A DNA stretch of 64,000 nucleotides from a virus. Positions 10,146 through 19,070 of the stretch are shown piece after piece (position 1 is the first letter of the stretch; every line of letters starts with the position of its first letter). The notes under the pieces are model-generated. The model searched no databases and was not told where the DNA came from. It was given only the letters and a program-made list of their open reading frames with translations. A program made the translations under genes and the position numbers. The DNA is taken from positions 32,166 through 96,165 of the IMG/VR virus record IMGVR_UViG_3300046674_000373; one strand, written 5' to 3'.

Positions 10146-10477
10146 TGGCCGTCTACGTCGACGACATGGAGGCGCCGTACGGCCGCATGAAGATGTGCCA
10201 CATGCTGGCCGATTCGGATGCCGAGCTGCACACCATGGCCGACCGGATCGGCGTGGCGCGGCGCTGGCACCAGGCGCCGCCGCACGACAGCCACTACGAT
10301 ATTGCGCTCAGCAAGAAGGCACTGGCCGTCGCCGCCGGCGCGATCGCGATCACGTGGCGCCAAGCCGGAGCCATGAACTTCCGGCGGCGCGTCACCGGCC
10401 AGCTCGGCGACCCGAGCGACGCAGTCGAGTGGATGACTAGCTACAAGGCCAAGGTCCGGGCCGCCGCTCCAGCCTAA
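10145..10477 (+). CDS. DUF4031-like protein
   Basis: MAVYVDD..YGRMKMCHMLADSDAELHTMADRIG..HYDI. Confidence 0.75.
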   Translation: MAVYVDDMEAPYGRMKMCHMLADSDAELHTMADRIGVARRWHQAPPHDSHYDIALSKKALAVAAGAIAITWRQAGAMNFRRRVTGQLGDPSDAVEWMTSYKAKVRAAAPA

Positions 10478-10484
10478 AAAACTA

Positions 10485-10515
10485 CGGGCGGCCCTTTTGA
10501 GGCCGCCCGCTTTGT
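10485..10515 (+). terminator. intrinsic terminator
   Basis: CGGGCGGCC/GGCCGCCCG 9-bp stem then CTTTGT. Confidence 0.65.
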
Positions 10516-10516
10516 C

Positions 10517-10745
10517 TGCGCCCTATTTGCGCCCTAGAGCTTGGCCCCAGAGGGTAAATCCATGCTCCACCTAGCGAAAATAGCAGTTGCGCTGAGACAA
10601 TGAGACATTTATCATCCCTATCACGGAAGTACACGGAAATGCATTTGTGTGCGTAATTTCAACGCGTTAGCCATCTCGACCGGCGACCGGCGAAACCCGC
10701 AAAATGCGCCCTGTACCCGTATTTTTGCGCCCTATGTGCGCCCTA
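10517..10745. other. putative attP with five integrase arm-type repeats (TGCGCCCT)
   Basis: Direct repeats at 10517, 10528, 10705, 10726, 10737 flanking an AT-richer non-coding core just upstream of int. Confidence 0.7.
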
Positions 10746-10760
10746 ACCGTCGAGCACAAC

Positions 10761-11933
10761 ATGAAGAGATCGCCTACTAAAATCACGAAGAGCATGATCG
10801 ACTGCGCCCTACCGGAGGCCTCCGACAGCTTCCTCTGGGACAGCGAGGTTAAGGGTTTCGGGGTCCGGATCCAGCCGTCTGGCACCAAGTCGTACATGGT
10901 TCGGTACCGCACCAAGGAAGGTACCCAACGCAAGCAGAACCTCGGCCGCACCAACGTGCTCACGCCGGCCGAAGCCCGCGAGCTGGCGCGCAAGGTGCTG
11001 GCCAAGGTCGCCGCCGGCGAGGACCCGATGGCTGAGCGCCGCAAGGAAGAGAGCCAGCCCACCATCGCCGATCTCGAGGAGCGGTACACACGGGAGCACG
11101 CCAAGCCGTTCAAGAAGCCTGCCAGCCAGCATATCGATGCCCAGAACTGGCGCCTCTACATTCTGCCGGAGTGGCGCACCCGGCTCGTCGCTGAGATCAA
11201 GAAATCCGACATCCTGACCCTGTTCGGCAGCATGGCCGACAAGCCGGCAGCAGCCAACCAGACGCTCGCCCTGCTCTCCAAGGCCATGAACCTCGCCGAG
11301 GATTGGGGCTGGCGCGCGTCGAACACGAACCCATGCCACCGGATCAAGCGCTACAAGCTGAAGAAGCACACCGCCGTCCTGACCTACGAGCAGATGGCCC
11401 GCCTGCACCAGACGATGACAAAGATGGTCGCGGAACGCCGATTGACGCCGGAGTTCGCGGCCGCGATCCGGCTGCTACAGCTCACCGGCTGCCGCAAGAA
11501 CGAGATCCTGGAAGCCGAGACGGCATGGGTGGACCGCAGCAAGCGCGTGCTCCGGCTACCCGATTCGAAGGTCGGCCCGCGCGACATTCCGCTGTCCGAA
11601 CACGCCCTTGAGATCATCGAAGACCTCGACGGCCAGTACCTGATCGGGGGAAACCGGGGCAAGGCGACCAGCAACGTCTACAGGGTCTGGGCCCGGGTGA
11701 AGAAGGAGGCAGAGCTGCCGGCGGACCTGCGGATCCACGACCTGCGCCACAGCGCCGGTTCGCTGGCTCACATGGCCGGCATGACCCAGTCCCAGATCGC
11801 CGAGCTGCTCGGCCACAGCATTCTGGCGACGACCGAGAAGTACATCCACAACCACGACGGTGATGCCGCCAAAGCCGCGAACGTGCTGGGTGCGGTGGTT
11901 ACGGCAGCTTGGAAGGAGCCGGTTGCGGCTTGA
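10761..11933 (+). CDS. int: tyrosine integrase with N-terminal arm-binding domain
   Basis: LWDSEVKGFGVRI arm domain; TGCRKNE, HDLRH, LLGH, TEKY catalytic residues. Confidence 0.95.
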   Translation: MKRSPTKITKSMIDCALPEASDSFLWDSEVKGFGVRIQPSGTKSYMVRYRTKEGTQRKQNLGRTNVLTPAEARELARKVLAKVAAGEDPMAERRKEESQPTIADLEERYTREHAKPFKKPASQHIDAQNWRLYILPEWRTRLVAEIKKSDILTLFGSMADKPAAANQTLALLSKAMNLAEDWGWRASNTNPCHRIKRYKLKKHTAVLTYEQMARLHQTMTKMVAERRLTPEFAAAIRLLQLTGCRKNEILEAETAWVDRSKRVLRLPDSKVGPRDIPLSEHALEIIEDLDGQYLIGGNRGKATSNVYRVWARVKKEAELPADLRIHDLRHSAGSLAHMAGMTQSQIAELLGHSILATTEKYIHNHDGDAAKAANVLGAVVTAAWKEPVAA

Positions 11934-12192
11934 CCGTCGGCTTGGGATCGCAGCCGGACATGGCCACTTCCAGCCCGGTTGCGTACCCATCCATCGCTGC
12001 ATAGTCCTGCAGCGCCACCTGCGCGGCGACCTTGTCGCCCGGGTACGGCCCGGTGCCGAACTTCGGCTCGGGCCGTTTCTGCTTGTCGCCCAGGCAGCCG
12101 ACGGCCACGGGCACCTTAACCTCGACGACCTTCGGGACTGTGTTGCAGGCGGCCAGCGCCAGCACCAGCAGGGCAAGGAGCGCACCTCTCAT
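11899..12192 (-). CDS. o-spanin lipoprotein (Rz1-like)
   Basis: Lipobox LALAAC, Pro-rich, follows i-spanin. Confidence 0.8.
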   Translation of the reverse strand: MRGALLALLVLALAACNTVPKVVEVKVPVAVGCLGDKQKRPEPKFGTGPYPGDKVAAQVALQDYAAMDGYATGLEVAMSGCDPKPTVKPQPAPSKLP

Positions 12193-12554
12193 TTCCAGAC
12201 CCCCCATGCTTCCCGGAGAACGCCGTCGCAGGTGGTGGCCTTGCTGTTGGCGACGGCGTCCTCGCGGTTCTTGGCGCGCTTGATCGCATCAGCCGCGAAG
12301 GCCTCGGCCATCTTGCGGCGCTCCTCGGCCGCATCGGACTGAGCCTGCAAGGCCTCGACGGCGCGGTTCTGCTCGCGCACCTTGTCGAGCAGCGCGTCGT
12401 ACTCGGCTTGCTTGGCCGTCAGCGCGCGCTGGTGGGCTGCATCGAGCCGCCAGCCATTCACCATCGCGCCGGCAGTCGCAGCCAGGGCCAGTAGCGCCAC
12501 CACCAGCACCACGCGCGCCAGGAGCTGATACTGCTCGGGGATCAGTTTAAACAT
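12189..12554 (-). CDS. i-spanin (Rz-like)
   Basis: N-terminal TM then coiled coil; downstream of endolysin. Confidence 0.8.
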   Translation of the reverse strand: MFKLIPEQYQLLARVVLVVALLALAATAGAMVNGWRLDAAHQRALTAKQAEYDALLDKVREQNRAVEALQAQSDAAEERRKMAEAFAADAIKRAKNREDAVANSKATTCDGVLREAWGVWK

Positions 12555-13126
12555 ACGGCTGTCCCCCACGAGGTGAACTTCGGCTGGTGCTTGAGCAGGA
12601 TCCAGCGCGGGTATAGTCGGCTGTATTCGAAGTTCTTGGCTGACTGGCCCGCGTTGACAGACTCGGTGGCATCGAACCACTTGCCGGGATGCGTGGTGCG
12701 CTTCTGCGCGCGCTGCACGTAGCCGAGGCCCGCGTTGTAGCCCTTCAGCGAGGCCGCCCAGCGATCACAGGCGGTGTCGCCCTTCACGCGCGCATAGTTC
12801 CAGCCGTCGAGGCGGACCATCGCGCGGATCGCCCAGGTCGGGTTGTACGGGTCGGGCGCGCCGAGCTCCGGGTACGAGCGAGCTACCTGCTTCGCCGTCC
12901 CGTCCATGAACTGCGCCAGGCCGCGGCCGTTGTCCCAGGCTGTCACGTCAGGCCGCCAGTTGCTCTCCTGCGTGATCTGCCCGGCGAACATCGGTACGGG
13001 GGCATTGAGGCCATAGACGGCCTGCGCTTCGCGCGTGAGCGTCGGCCTGAACCGCGCGGCGGCCTCCGGCGGTCCGGCCCACGCCGGCGCCGCCAGGAGC
13101 AGCAGGATGGCGACCAGCCGGAGCAT
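12542..13126 (-). CDS. endolysin, SLT lytic transglycosylase with signal peptide
   Basis: MLRLVAILLLLAAPAWA signal; QESNW, GLAQFM, YNAGLG motifs. Confidence 0.85.
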   Translation of the reverse strand: MLRLVAILLLLAAPAWAGPPEAAARFRPTLTREAQAVYGLNAPVPMFAGQITQESNWRPDVTAWDNGRGLAQFMDGTAKQVARSYPELGAPDPYNPTWAIRAMVRLDGWNYARVKGDTACDRWAASLKGYNAGLGYVQRAQKRTTHPGKWFDATESVNAGQSAKNFEYSRLYPRWILLKHQPKFTSWGTAVCLN

Positions 13127-13392
13127 CACAGGCCCAGCGCGATCGCGAGCATGGCCGCGCCGACGATTATGGCGCGGCGGATATGCTCCAGCGGGTTCGA
13201 TTCGTCGGTGATGCGCGCGCGGAAGCAGTTGCGGTCGACCCAGTAGCCAGCGAAGGCCGCCAGCGTGAGGTGACCGAGCTTCCACAGAACGATCTGGACC
13301 TGCGGGGCAGTGCCGCTCGCGGCGAGCAGCGCGGCAGCCACGTAGAGGCCGATCGAGATCAGCACCCACTGAAACATGCGCATTTTATCCAT
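13126..13392 (-). CDS. holin
   Basis: 88 aa with 2-3 TM segments, coupled to endolysin. Confidence 0.75.
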   Translation of the reverse strand: MDKMRMFQWVLISIGLYVAAALLAASGTAPQVQIVLWKLGHLTLAAFAGYWVDRNCFRARITDESNPLEHIRRAIIVGAAMLAIALGL

Positions 13393-13433
13393 GGCGAAGG
13401 TTCTCCGGAGATGGCGTTGGGAAGGGGGGGGAA

Positions 13434-13706
13434 TTACTTGGCGCCGACTTTGTCGGCGACCTTTTCGACACTGCGTTTCAGGTCGCCAAGGGCTTCCTTG
13501 ACCTCCTGGAACTTGTCTTTGTTCGAGCTGTCCTGCATCGCGTCGCGCTCGCGCTGGCTGGAGATGCGCTCCTCGAGGACGGTGACCCGCTTGTCCATCG
13601 TGCTCCAGCCGACCGCTGCCGTGATCAGGAATCCGAGGAAGGTCAGGATGTGGCCGAGGTTGACAGTCTTGTCGAACCGGACGCGGTTGTCGGATGCGTT
13701 TGCCAA
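13434..13706 (-). CDS. TM + coiled-coil protein heading lysis cassette
   Basis: TTG start with SD; one TM; late motif upstream at 13758-13773. Confidence 0.6.
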   Translation of the reverse strand: MANASDNRVRFDKTVNLGHILTFLGFLITAAVGWSTMDKRVTVLEERISSQRERDAMQDSSNKDKFQEVKEALGDLKRSVEKVADKVGAK

Positions 13707-13757
13707 TTGTCGGCCCTTAAAGAATGCCCGGTGGGGCGTGTGCGTTTCGATGGGGCA

Positions 13758-13773
13758 ATCCTACGATCACGAC
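13758..13773 (-). promoter_or_regulatory. late promoter motif (lysis cassette)
   Basis: GTCGTGAT-CG-TAGGAT; leadered. Confidence 0.65.
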
Positions 13774-13794
13774 GCGCCAGATCCGGAACAGCGG

Positions 13795-14553
13795 TCAGAA
13801 ACCAAGGGCGATATACAGCCCGGGCTGCGTCGCCACGGATGCACTGGTGTTGTAGGCAACGAACGCAGTTTTGTTGAACGTGTTGGCATTCACGCCAGAG
13901 ATTGCCACTTTCCCGACGTTGTCTGCCCCGGCAGTGGCAATGCAGGACAGGCACGCATTTGGGAAAGCCATCGCGTAAGTGACGGTTTGACTGCCATTCC
14001 CAGCAATAGACGGGACCTGACCCCACTGAAGGATCAGCCCACCCGGGAACATCTGGTAGCCGTTCGTGGTCAGCGAGCGCGCAAACTGATGCTCATAAGG
14101 AAGTGCGGCGGTGCCCAGCATGCACCAGGTGTTCGCTGCCACCTTGACGATGTTCGCGTGAGAGCCATTCGTGGCGGTTGCACTGGCTCCTGCCGCAAGA
14201 GTTTCGCCGCAAAAAATGGTGTCGCCAGCTGCCGGTGTGATCGTTGTAATGGCGCCAGACGAAAATGAGATCGGGAAGCTTGCCCCCAGCGGGAGGCCCG
14301 CTGTCGACGGGAGATTCAGCGTCGTCGCCAGGCAGACAGCGCGCTTGCCTGCGTCAGCTGCCGTGAGGCTACCAGTCGGCCCGGCCACTTGGACGTTGCC
14401 GGCCATGTTGCCAAGCGCGCGCTGAACGGCATCCATGGTGGCGAGGGATTTCGTGACGTCGAACTGCGGTGGCGTGATCGCTGCGATCACATTACCAGCG
14501 GTATCAGCCGTCAGCGCCGCGGCGAGGTTGGTCAGCTTGGTCGGTGCGTTCAT
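13795..14553 (-). CDS. tail fibre protein
   Basis: TPPQFD..KSLAT; C-terminal GYQMFPGGLILQWG fibre-tip motif. Confidence 0.75.
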   Translation of the reverse strand: MNAPTKLTNLAAALTADTAGNVIAAITPPQFDVTKSLATMDAVQRALGNMAGNVQVAGPTGSLTAADAGKRAVCLATTLNLPSTAGLPLGASFPISFSSGAITTITPAAGDTIFCGETLAAGASATATNGSHANIVKVAANTWCMLGTAALPYEHQFARSLTTNGYQMFPGGLILQWGQVPSIAGNGSQTVTYAMAFPNACLSCIATAGADNVGKVAISGVNANTFNKTAFVAYNTSASVATQPGLYIALGF

Positions 14554-14593
14554 ACATCCTTTCGTTGTCGCCGGGCCTGGGCCCGGGAGAGGC

Positions 14594-14788
14594 TTACTGC
14601 GCGGGGCTTGGTGGCGGCACCACGACCGGCGGCGGCGCCTTCCACTTGCCGTCCGCCAGGCGCCAGCCGTGCCGTACGTTGTCAGGGACCTCGACGAAGT
14701 CCTTTGCGATCGACGGGTGGAACGAGTTTTCCGGGTCGCTGGACACGTCCACAGCAACGTCGTTGATGATGCGTGCGAAGTTCTTCAT
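14594..14788 (-). CDS. small tail-fibre-associated protein
   Basis: FARII..VAVD...VPDNVRHGW; context. Confidence 0.55.
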   Translation of the reverse strand: MKNFARIINDVAVDVSSDPENSFHPSIAKDFVEVPDNVRHGWRLADGKWKAPPPVVVPPPSPAQ

Positions 14789-14792
14789 GGGG

Positions 14793-15710
14793 TTACCACT
14801 CCACGATCACGAGGCCAGTACCACCGGCGCCGGCACTCGTCGCGCCGCCGCCACCACCACCACCGATGCCACCGGGAGCGCCGTTATTGGCACCGCCGCC
14901 GCCACCACCACACATGCTGGTCGAAGACGTGACAGTGTTAGTCGCTCCGCCGCCACCGATACCGCCAAGCATCGGGTTGTTGCCCGAGTCGACCCCGCCA
15001 CCGCCACCCACGAAGCCATCAAATGGGAACCGGATAACAGCAGCGATCGGGTTGGTGTCGCCGTTCACGTTATTGACGTTGGTGGTTGAACCAGAACTTC
15101 CGTTGTAGCCGCCGGACCGAAGGCCGGCAATGTTAGGGGCACCATAGGTACCGATCGGCAGCCCGAACGGCGAGCCGCCGCTCAAGGTACCGGCAAGCGA
15201 ATCGCCGCCGCCGACACCGGCACCACCGCCACTGTAAGAGTTACCACCGTCGCCCAGCTGACTGCCGGCCCCAGCACCGCCAAGAGAATTAGCTTTTCCG
15301 CCCTTTGCCTGGAAATCGCCACCGGTACCAGATCCGCCGGCGCCATTCCCGCCCTGCATGCCTCCGGTAGCGGAGATCAGCGCTCCGAAGGAGCTCGTGC
15401 CGCCGATGTTGCCGGCAGTGCCGCCGGCGCCGACGGTCACGTTGAATGACGCTCCCGGCGTGACGGTGAATGCGCCATGCGCGTAACCGCCGCCGCCACC
15501 GCCACCCGTAGTGCTGCCGCCGCCACCGCCGCCGATCACTCGCACGCGGATCGCCGAGACGTTCGCCGGGATGACCCATACCTGCGATGCCGAGAACACC
15601 TTCCAGCGGCCGGTGCCGAATTCGCCCAGGAACCCACCTGGACGAGCCACCTGGTTGTCAACGATGTTGATGGTGTCTGCCGATGCCGGCAGCGTAATAT
15701 TGCGGCCCAT
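14793..15710 (-). CDS. glycine-rich tail fibre protein
   Basis: Poly-Gly tracts, VRVIGGGGGG...GLVIVEW. Confidence 0.7.
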   Translation of the reverse strand: MGRNITLPASADTINIVDNQVARPGGFLGEFGTGRWKVFSASQVWVIPANVSAIRVRVIGGGGGGSTTGGGGGGGYAHGAFTVTPGASFNVTVGAGGTAGNIGGTSSFGALISATGGMQGGNGAGGSGTGGDFQAKGGKANSLGGAGAGSQLGDGGNSYSGGGAGVGGGDSLAGTLSGGSPFGLPIGTYGAPNIAGLRSGGYNGSSGSTTNVNNVNGDTNPIAAVIRFPFDGFVGGGGGVDSGNNPMLGGIGGGGATNTVTSSTSMCGGGGGGANNGAPGGIGGGGGGGATSAGAGGTGLVIVEW

Positions 15711-15722
15711 TCTTCGCCTCGA

Positions 15723-16040
15723 TTAGTTGACTGGGATGCCGTGTGCGCGCGCCGACACGTTGGCAACGTCAGCACGCACCCAGATTTTCTCGCCAGCGGA
15801 GATCGCCAGTCCGGTGTTCTCCATTACGCCGTTGGCCTCGACGCGCGAGTCATACTCGATGTAGTCGGCTGCCGCCGGGGCCACCCCGGCGCCGATCGCG
15901 ATGCGGATCTTGATCGGCGCCGCGTTGCGATTGCACAGCCGAACATTGACGACGAGGTCGAGCGTCTGCGCGTCCATCAGCAGTGTGTCGGTGGCCGCCG
16001 CCAGATCGGCGCTGCCCAATTTGCCAGTTCCAAGCGTCAT
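15723..16040 (-). CDS. hypothetical virion protein
   Basis: ORF coupled within tail-fibre operon. Confidence 0.6.
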   Translation of the reverse strand: MTLGTGKLGSADLAAATDTLLMDAQTLDLVVNVRLCNRNAAPIKIRIAIGAGVAPAAADYIEYDSRVEANGVMENTGLAISAGEKIWVRADVANVSARAHGIPVN

Positions 16041-16876
16041 ACAAACTGCCCCATAAAGTAGGATCGCCCCGCGACCAGTTTGCGCAGGTTGAGCGGTTCA
16101 TTCGGCTCGTTCTGGACGAAAAGCACGCGGATGCCGGCCGGCAGCGTGCGCGCCAGTTGAACCTGTGTCGCACTCAGGATGGCGAACTCGAACTCGCGCG
16201 AGCCGTCGACATAGACGGCGACACCATCCGTGGTGCACACGCTCAGCGTGAACGTGTCCTGGCCTGCAACCGCGGTCTGGATCTCCTTGATCACGTCGAC
16301 CGCGATGTTGAGCGATGCTGTCGGGTCGGCCCACTCGGTGTCGCCGTCCGCATTGGTCTTCTTGCGCAGCACCTGTCCGGTGGTCCCACCCGGGAATAGC
16401 AGCGCTGGCGTGATGGTCGACAGCACCCAGTCGCGCGTAGCGCCAACGATAGTCGCGTCGATCACCAGCGTGATGGCCGAAGCGTTCGATAGCTTCAGGC
16501 CGAACTTGATGACCAGGTCACGCGTTGAGCCGTCGGCCACCACCGGCTTGTAGGTCTCCGGGAAGTTGGCGACGGCGAACAGCACGCCATTGGCTGTGTA
16601 CAGTCCCACTTCGCGGATTGCCCAACCGCCCTGGTTCGGTGGAATCAGGAGCTCGGCATACAGCAGCGTCGGGTCGGTAGGGTCGGTGTCGAGACTCGAC
16701 AGGTTGTTCCGGTACACCTCACGCACGAGCGTCGTCTGCGCCGCTGATGGCGTAGTCGGGTTACCGCCACCGTCCCCAACCGCCATTGCCGTCAGCTGCA
16801 CCGGCACGCCGGTTTGCGTCGCGGCCGTGTACAGCACAAGTCCGGCTTGGGTCAGTTTTGCTAAGAAGGTCGCCAT
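16037..16876 (-). CDS. tail-collar fibre protein (DUF3751-like N-terminus)
   Basis: LTQAG..MAVGDGGG..GGWAIREVGL..NFPETYKP. Confidence 0.85.
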   Translation of the reverse strand: MATFLAKLTQAGLVLYTAATQTGVPVQLTAMAVGDGGGNPTTPSAAQTTLVREVYRNNLSSLDTDPTDPTLLYAELLIPPNQGGWAIREVGLYTANGVLFAVANFPETYKPVVADGSTRDLVIKFGLKLSNASAITLVIDATIVGATRDWVLSTITPALLFPGGTTGQVLRKKTNADGDTEWADPTASLNIAVDVIKEIQTAVAGQDTFTLSVCTTDGVAVYVDGSREFEFAILSATQVQLARTLPAGIRVLFVQNEPNEPLNLRKLVAGRSYFMGQFV

Positions 16877-16882
16877 GCCGTC

Positions 16883-16898
16883 ATTGTCGTGTCACGAC
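16883..16898 (-). promoter_or_regulatory. late promoter motif
   Basis: GTCGTGAC-AC-GACAAT-N6-ATG. Confidence 0.75.
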
Positions 16899-16993
16899 GA
16901 GCTCTGGCATGGCGTGGGGTGGCTGCTTGGTGAGCGCGTTGTCAGCCACGCATAGTCGGGCGCCGGGTTGGAAGCGATGGGGTTACAACAATC

Positions 16994-17025
16994 GTCATGT
17001 CAGCCTTTCATGCGCTGCGCGCCGG
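16994..17025. repeat. 32-bp direct repeat copy 1 (after tailspike 1)
   Basis: GTCATGTCAGCCTTTCATGCGCTGCGCGCCGG identical to 18998-19029. Confidence 0.9.
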
Positions 17026-17051
17026 GCGATGGGTTGGGGGATGATGGTCAT

Positions 17052-18884
17052 TTAGAAGCCGCTCTCCATGTACTCCAGCATCAGATGGATTTCGCTTGCG
17101 GTCCCCGCATTCCAGTTGACAGCCGTAGTGCCGACTTTCGGCGCGTAGAACGTGATCGTCCCGGCAGCTTCGAAGCGTGCCCAGCCAGTGCCGATCTGCC
17201 CCAGCGCCCCGCACCAGATGAATGGAATGAACACCGGCTGCACGGAGCTAAACGAGGTGTAATGCGTCGAAGGAGTGCGCGGCGGGGTGATGACGACGTT
17301 CGCAGTCGCGTCCGTGGTCTGGAACCGCACGCGGAAATGCCATCGCACCAATCCACCAAAGCGCATGAATTTTGACTTCATCTCGGTGATGGAGGCGACA
17401 TTGGTCATGTTCGAAGTGGTCAGCGCGTAGTTCTGCCACTTCAATCCCTGGTCGTAGGCGTACGCGGTTGTCGGCAGCGCGAGTCCGTTGGGCGTGTTCA
17501 GCCACATCACGCCCTGATCAACGCCAGCCAGATAGCCATTGTTTTGGTGCGTGTACGCGCTGTTTACTTGCGGCAGCACGGACGCATCGCTACCCCCTGC
17601 CATCACGAGCGGCGTGGCGGTCAGCAGCAGTTTGGAGCCGGTCATACCGCAGCCGAAAAACTCGCTGTAGGCGTTCGCGTTGTCGAGGTCGCGACCGCAG
17701 CCTTCCATCATGCATCCGAAGAACCGGTTGCTGTTGTTGGCAAGGCCGGTAACCGGATCGGACGCGCGAATCTTGATTGCGGTCGGGGTGGCGTTCGGTG
17801 TCGTGCCGTAATTGACCAGTTCGCAATGGACGGCGACGAACACATTGGTATCGCCAGCGTCGATCTGGACGCCGGTATTGGCGACCGTTTGCCCGATGCG
17901 CCAGTTCTCGAACTTGTTGCGGTTGACCAGCGAGCCGTTGGCATTCGTCGGAGAGCGAAGCCACAGACCGCGCACGCACTGATAAACCTTGTAGTTGCTC
18001 AGCGTGTTGTAGTAGCAACCTGACGCCAGTGAGCCGTTGTACGGGCCGCACTTGAGCGCAACGCCTTCGGTGCAGCCGACCACATACACGTTGTCGAAGC
18101 GGTTGTAACTCTGCGAAACCACGGTGGTGGTCTGCGTCGTGCTTTCCGGGTAAATCGCATGGCCGGTGACGTTAGCCTTGCCATTGCCGTAAATCGTGAA
18201 ATCGCGCCCACTGTTGTGGCTGTCCGCAGTGCGAAGCACGATCATGTTATCCGATCCGGCCAAGAACCGGCAGCAGTGACCAAGAATGTGGATGCGCCCG
18301 GTGGTTCCGTTGTCGGAAGTGTAGGGCTGAAGAATGCCATTCAAGGCACCATCAGCACCAGCGATGCCGTTTAAAAGGTAGCTTGCGCCGATAGTTCCTT
18401 CGACCACCCCGCCGCCAACAGTCTTTAGGTAAGCAATGGCTGCCGCCCACGCTGGGCTAGAATTGGTAACGCCAAGAGGATCAGCGCCGAACCAATCAGG
18501 CGACACATTGCCGTCATACTGCCGCTTCCAGCGCTTCTCATTGCTCGCCACAATCACAGTTCCGCCGTTGTCAGCGGTCGTGGTGTCGCTGTCATCCCGC
18601 ACAAACATGCCAGCAATGCCCGATGGCGCAGCCGTGCCAAGGTAGCCCGTCACATACACGCTTTTCAGCACGCCGCTGTACGCCCGTAAGGCAGCGTAGT
18701 CCGCTGCCTCGAACTTGAACCCGGCAATGTCGGCCACGTAGGCGGCCGAATCCGCCAGCATCTTCGCGAACGACCGCACCGGCCCGCCCTCAGTGGTCAC
18801 GGTGGTGTTCGCATCCCCGTGCACGACCTGGTGCGCGATGTCAGCGTCAGTTTCAAACTGCAGGACTTTGTCGGTCAGGGCCAT
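17052..18884 (-). CDS. tailspike / depolymerase-like receptor-binding protein 1
   Basis: N-terminus shared with RBP2; PDWFGADPLGVTNS followed by beta-helix-like sequence. Confidence 0.75.
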   Translation of the reverse strand: MALTDKVLQFETDADIAHQVVHGDANTTVTTEGGPVRSFAKMLADSAAYVADIAGFKFEAADYAALRAYSGVLKSVYVTGYLGTAAPSGIAGMFVRDDSDTTTADNGGTVIVASNEKRWKRQYDGNVSPDWFGADPLGVTNSSPAWAAAIAYLKTVGGGVVEGTIGASYLLNGIAGADGALNGILQPYTSDNGTTGRIHILGHCCRFLAGSDNMIVLRTADSHNSGRDFTIYGNGKANVTGHAIYPESTTQTTTVVSQSYNRFDNVYVVGCTEGVALKCGPYNGSLASGCYYNTLSNYKVYQCVRGLWLRSPTNANGSLVNRNKFENWRIGQTVANTGVQIDAGDTNVFVAVHCELVNYGTTPNATPTAIKIRASDPVTGLANNSNRFFGCMMEGCGRDLDNANAYSEFFGCGMTGSKLLLTATPLVMAGGSDASVLPQVNSAYTHQNNGYLAGVDQGVMWLNTPNGLALPTTAYAYDQGLKWQNYALTTSNMTNVASITEMKSKFMRFGGLVRWHFRVRFQTTDATANVVITPPRTPSTHYTSFSSVQPVFIPFIWCGALGQIGTGWARFEAAGTITFYAPKVGTTAVNWNAGTASEIHLMLEYMESGF

Positions 18885-18911
18885 GGCGTATTTGGTTGGT
18901 TGCGTTGGATC

Positions 18912-18927
18912 ATTGTTGATTCACGAC
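18912..18927 (-). promoter_or_regulatory. late promoter motif
   Basis: GTCGTGAA-TC-AACAAT; short leader. Confidence 0.6.
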
Positions 18928-18997
18928 TGGTGCCGGGCAAGGCGAGCCTTTCAGCAGGTTGCGCTGCGATGCGCTGGCGATGGGTTGGGCGATGGTG

Positions 18998-19029
18998 GTC
19001 ATGTCAGCCTTTCATGCGCTGCGCGCCGG
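18998..19029. repeat. 32-bp direct repeat copy 2 (after tailspike 2)
   Basis: Identical to 16994-17025. Confidence 0.9.
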
Positions 19030-19070
19030 TAGGGGCCAATGGTGGAGGTGATGATGGTCATGGGTGGCTC

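Noticed and set aside
16942-19061. CRISPR-like array or DGR template/variable repeat near tail fibres
   Set aside because: Only two exact copies 2 kb apart, no regular spacers, no adenine-specific mismatches and no reverse transcriptase in the window
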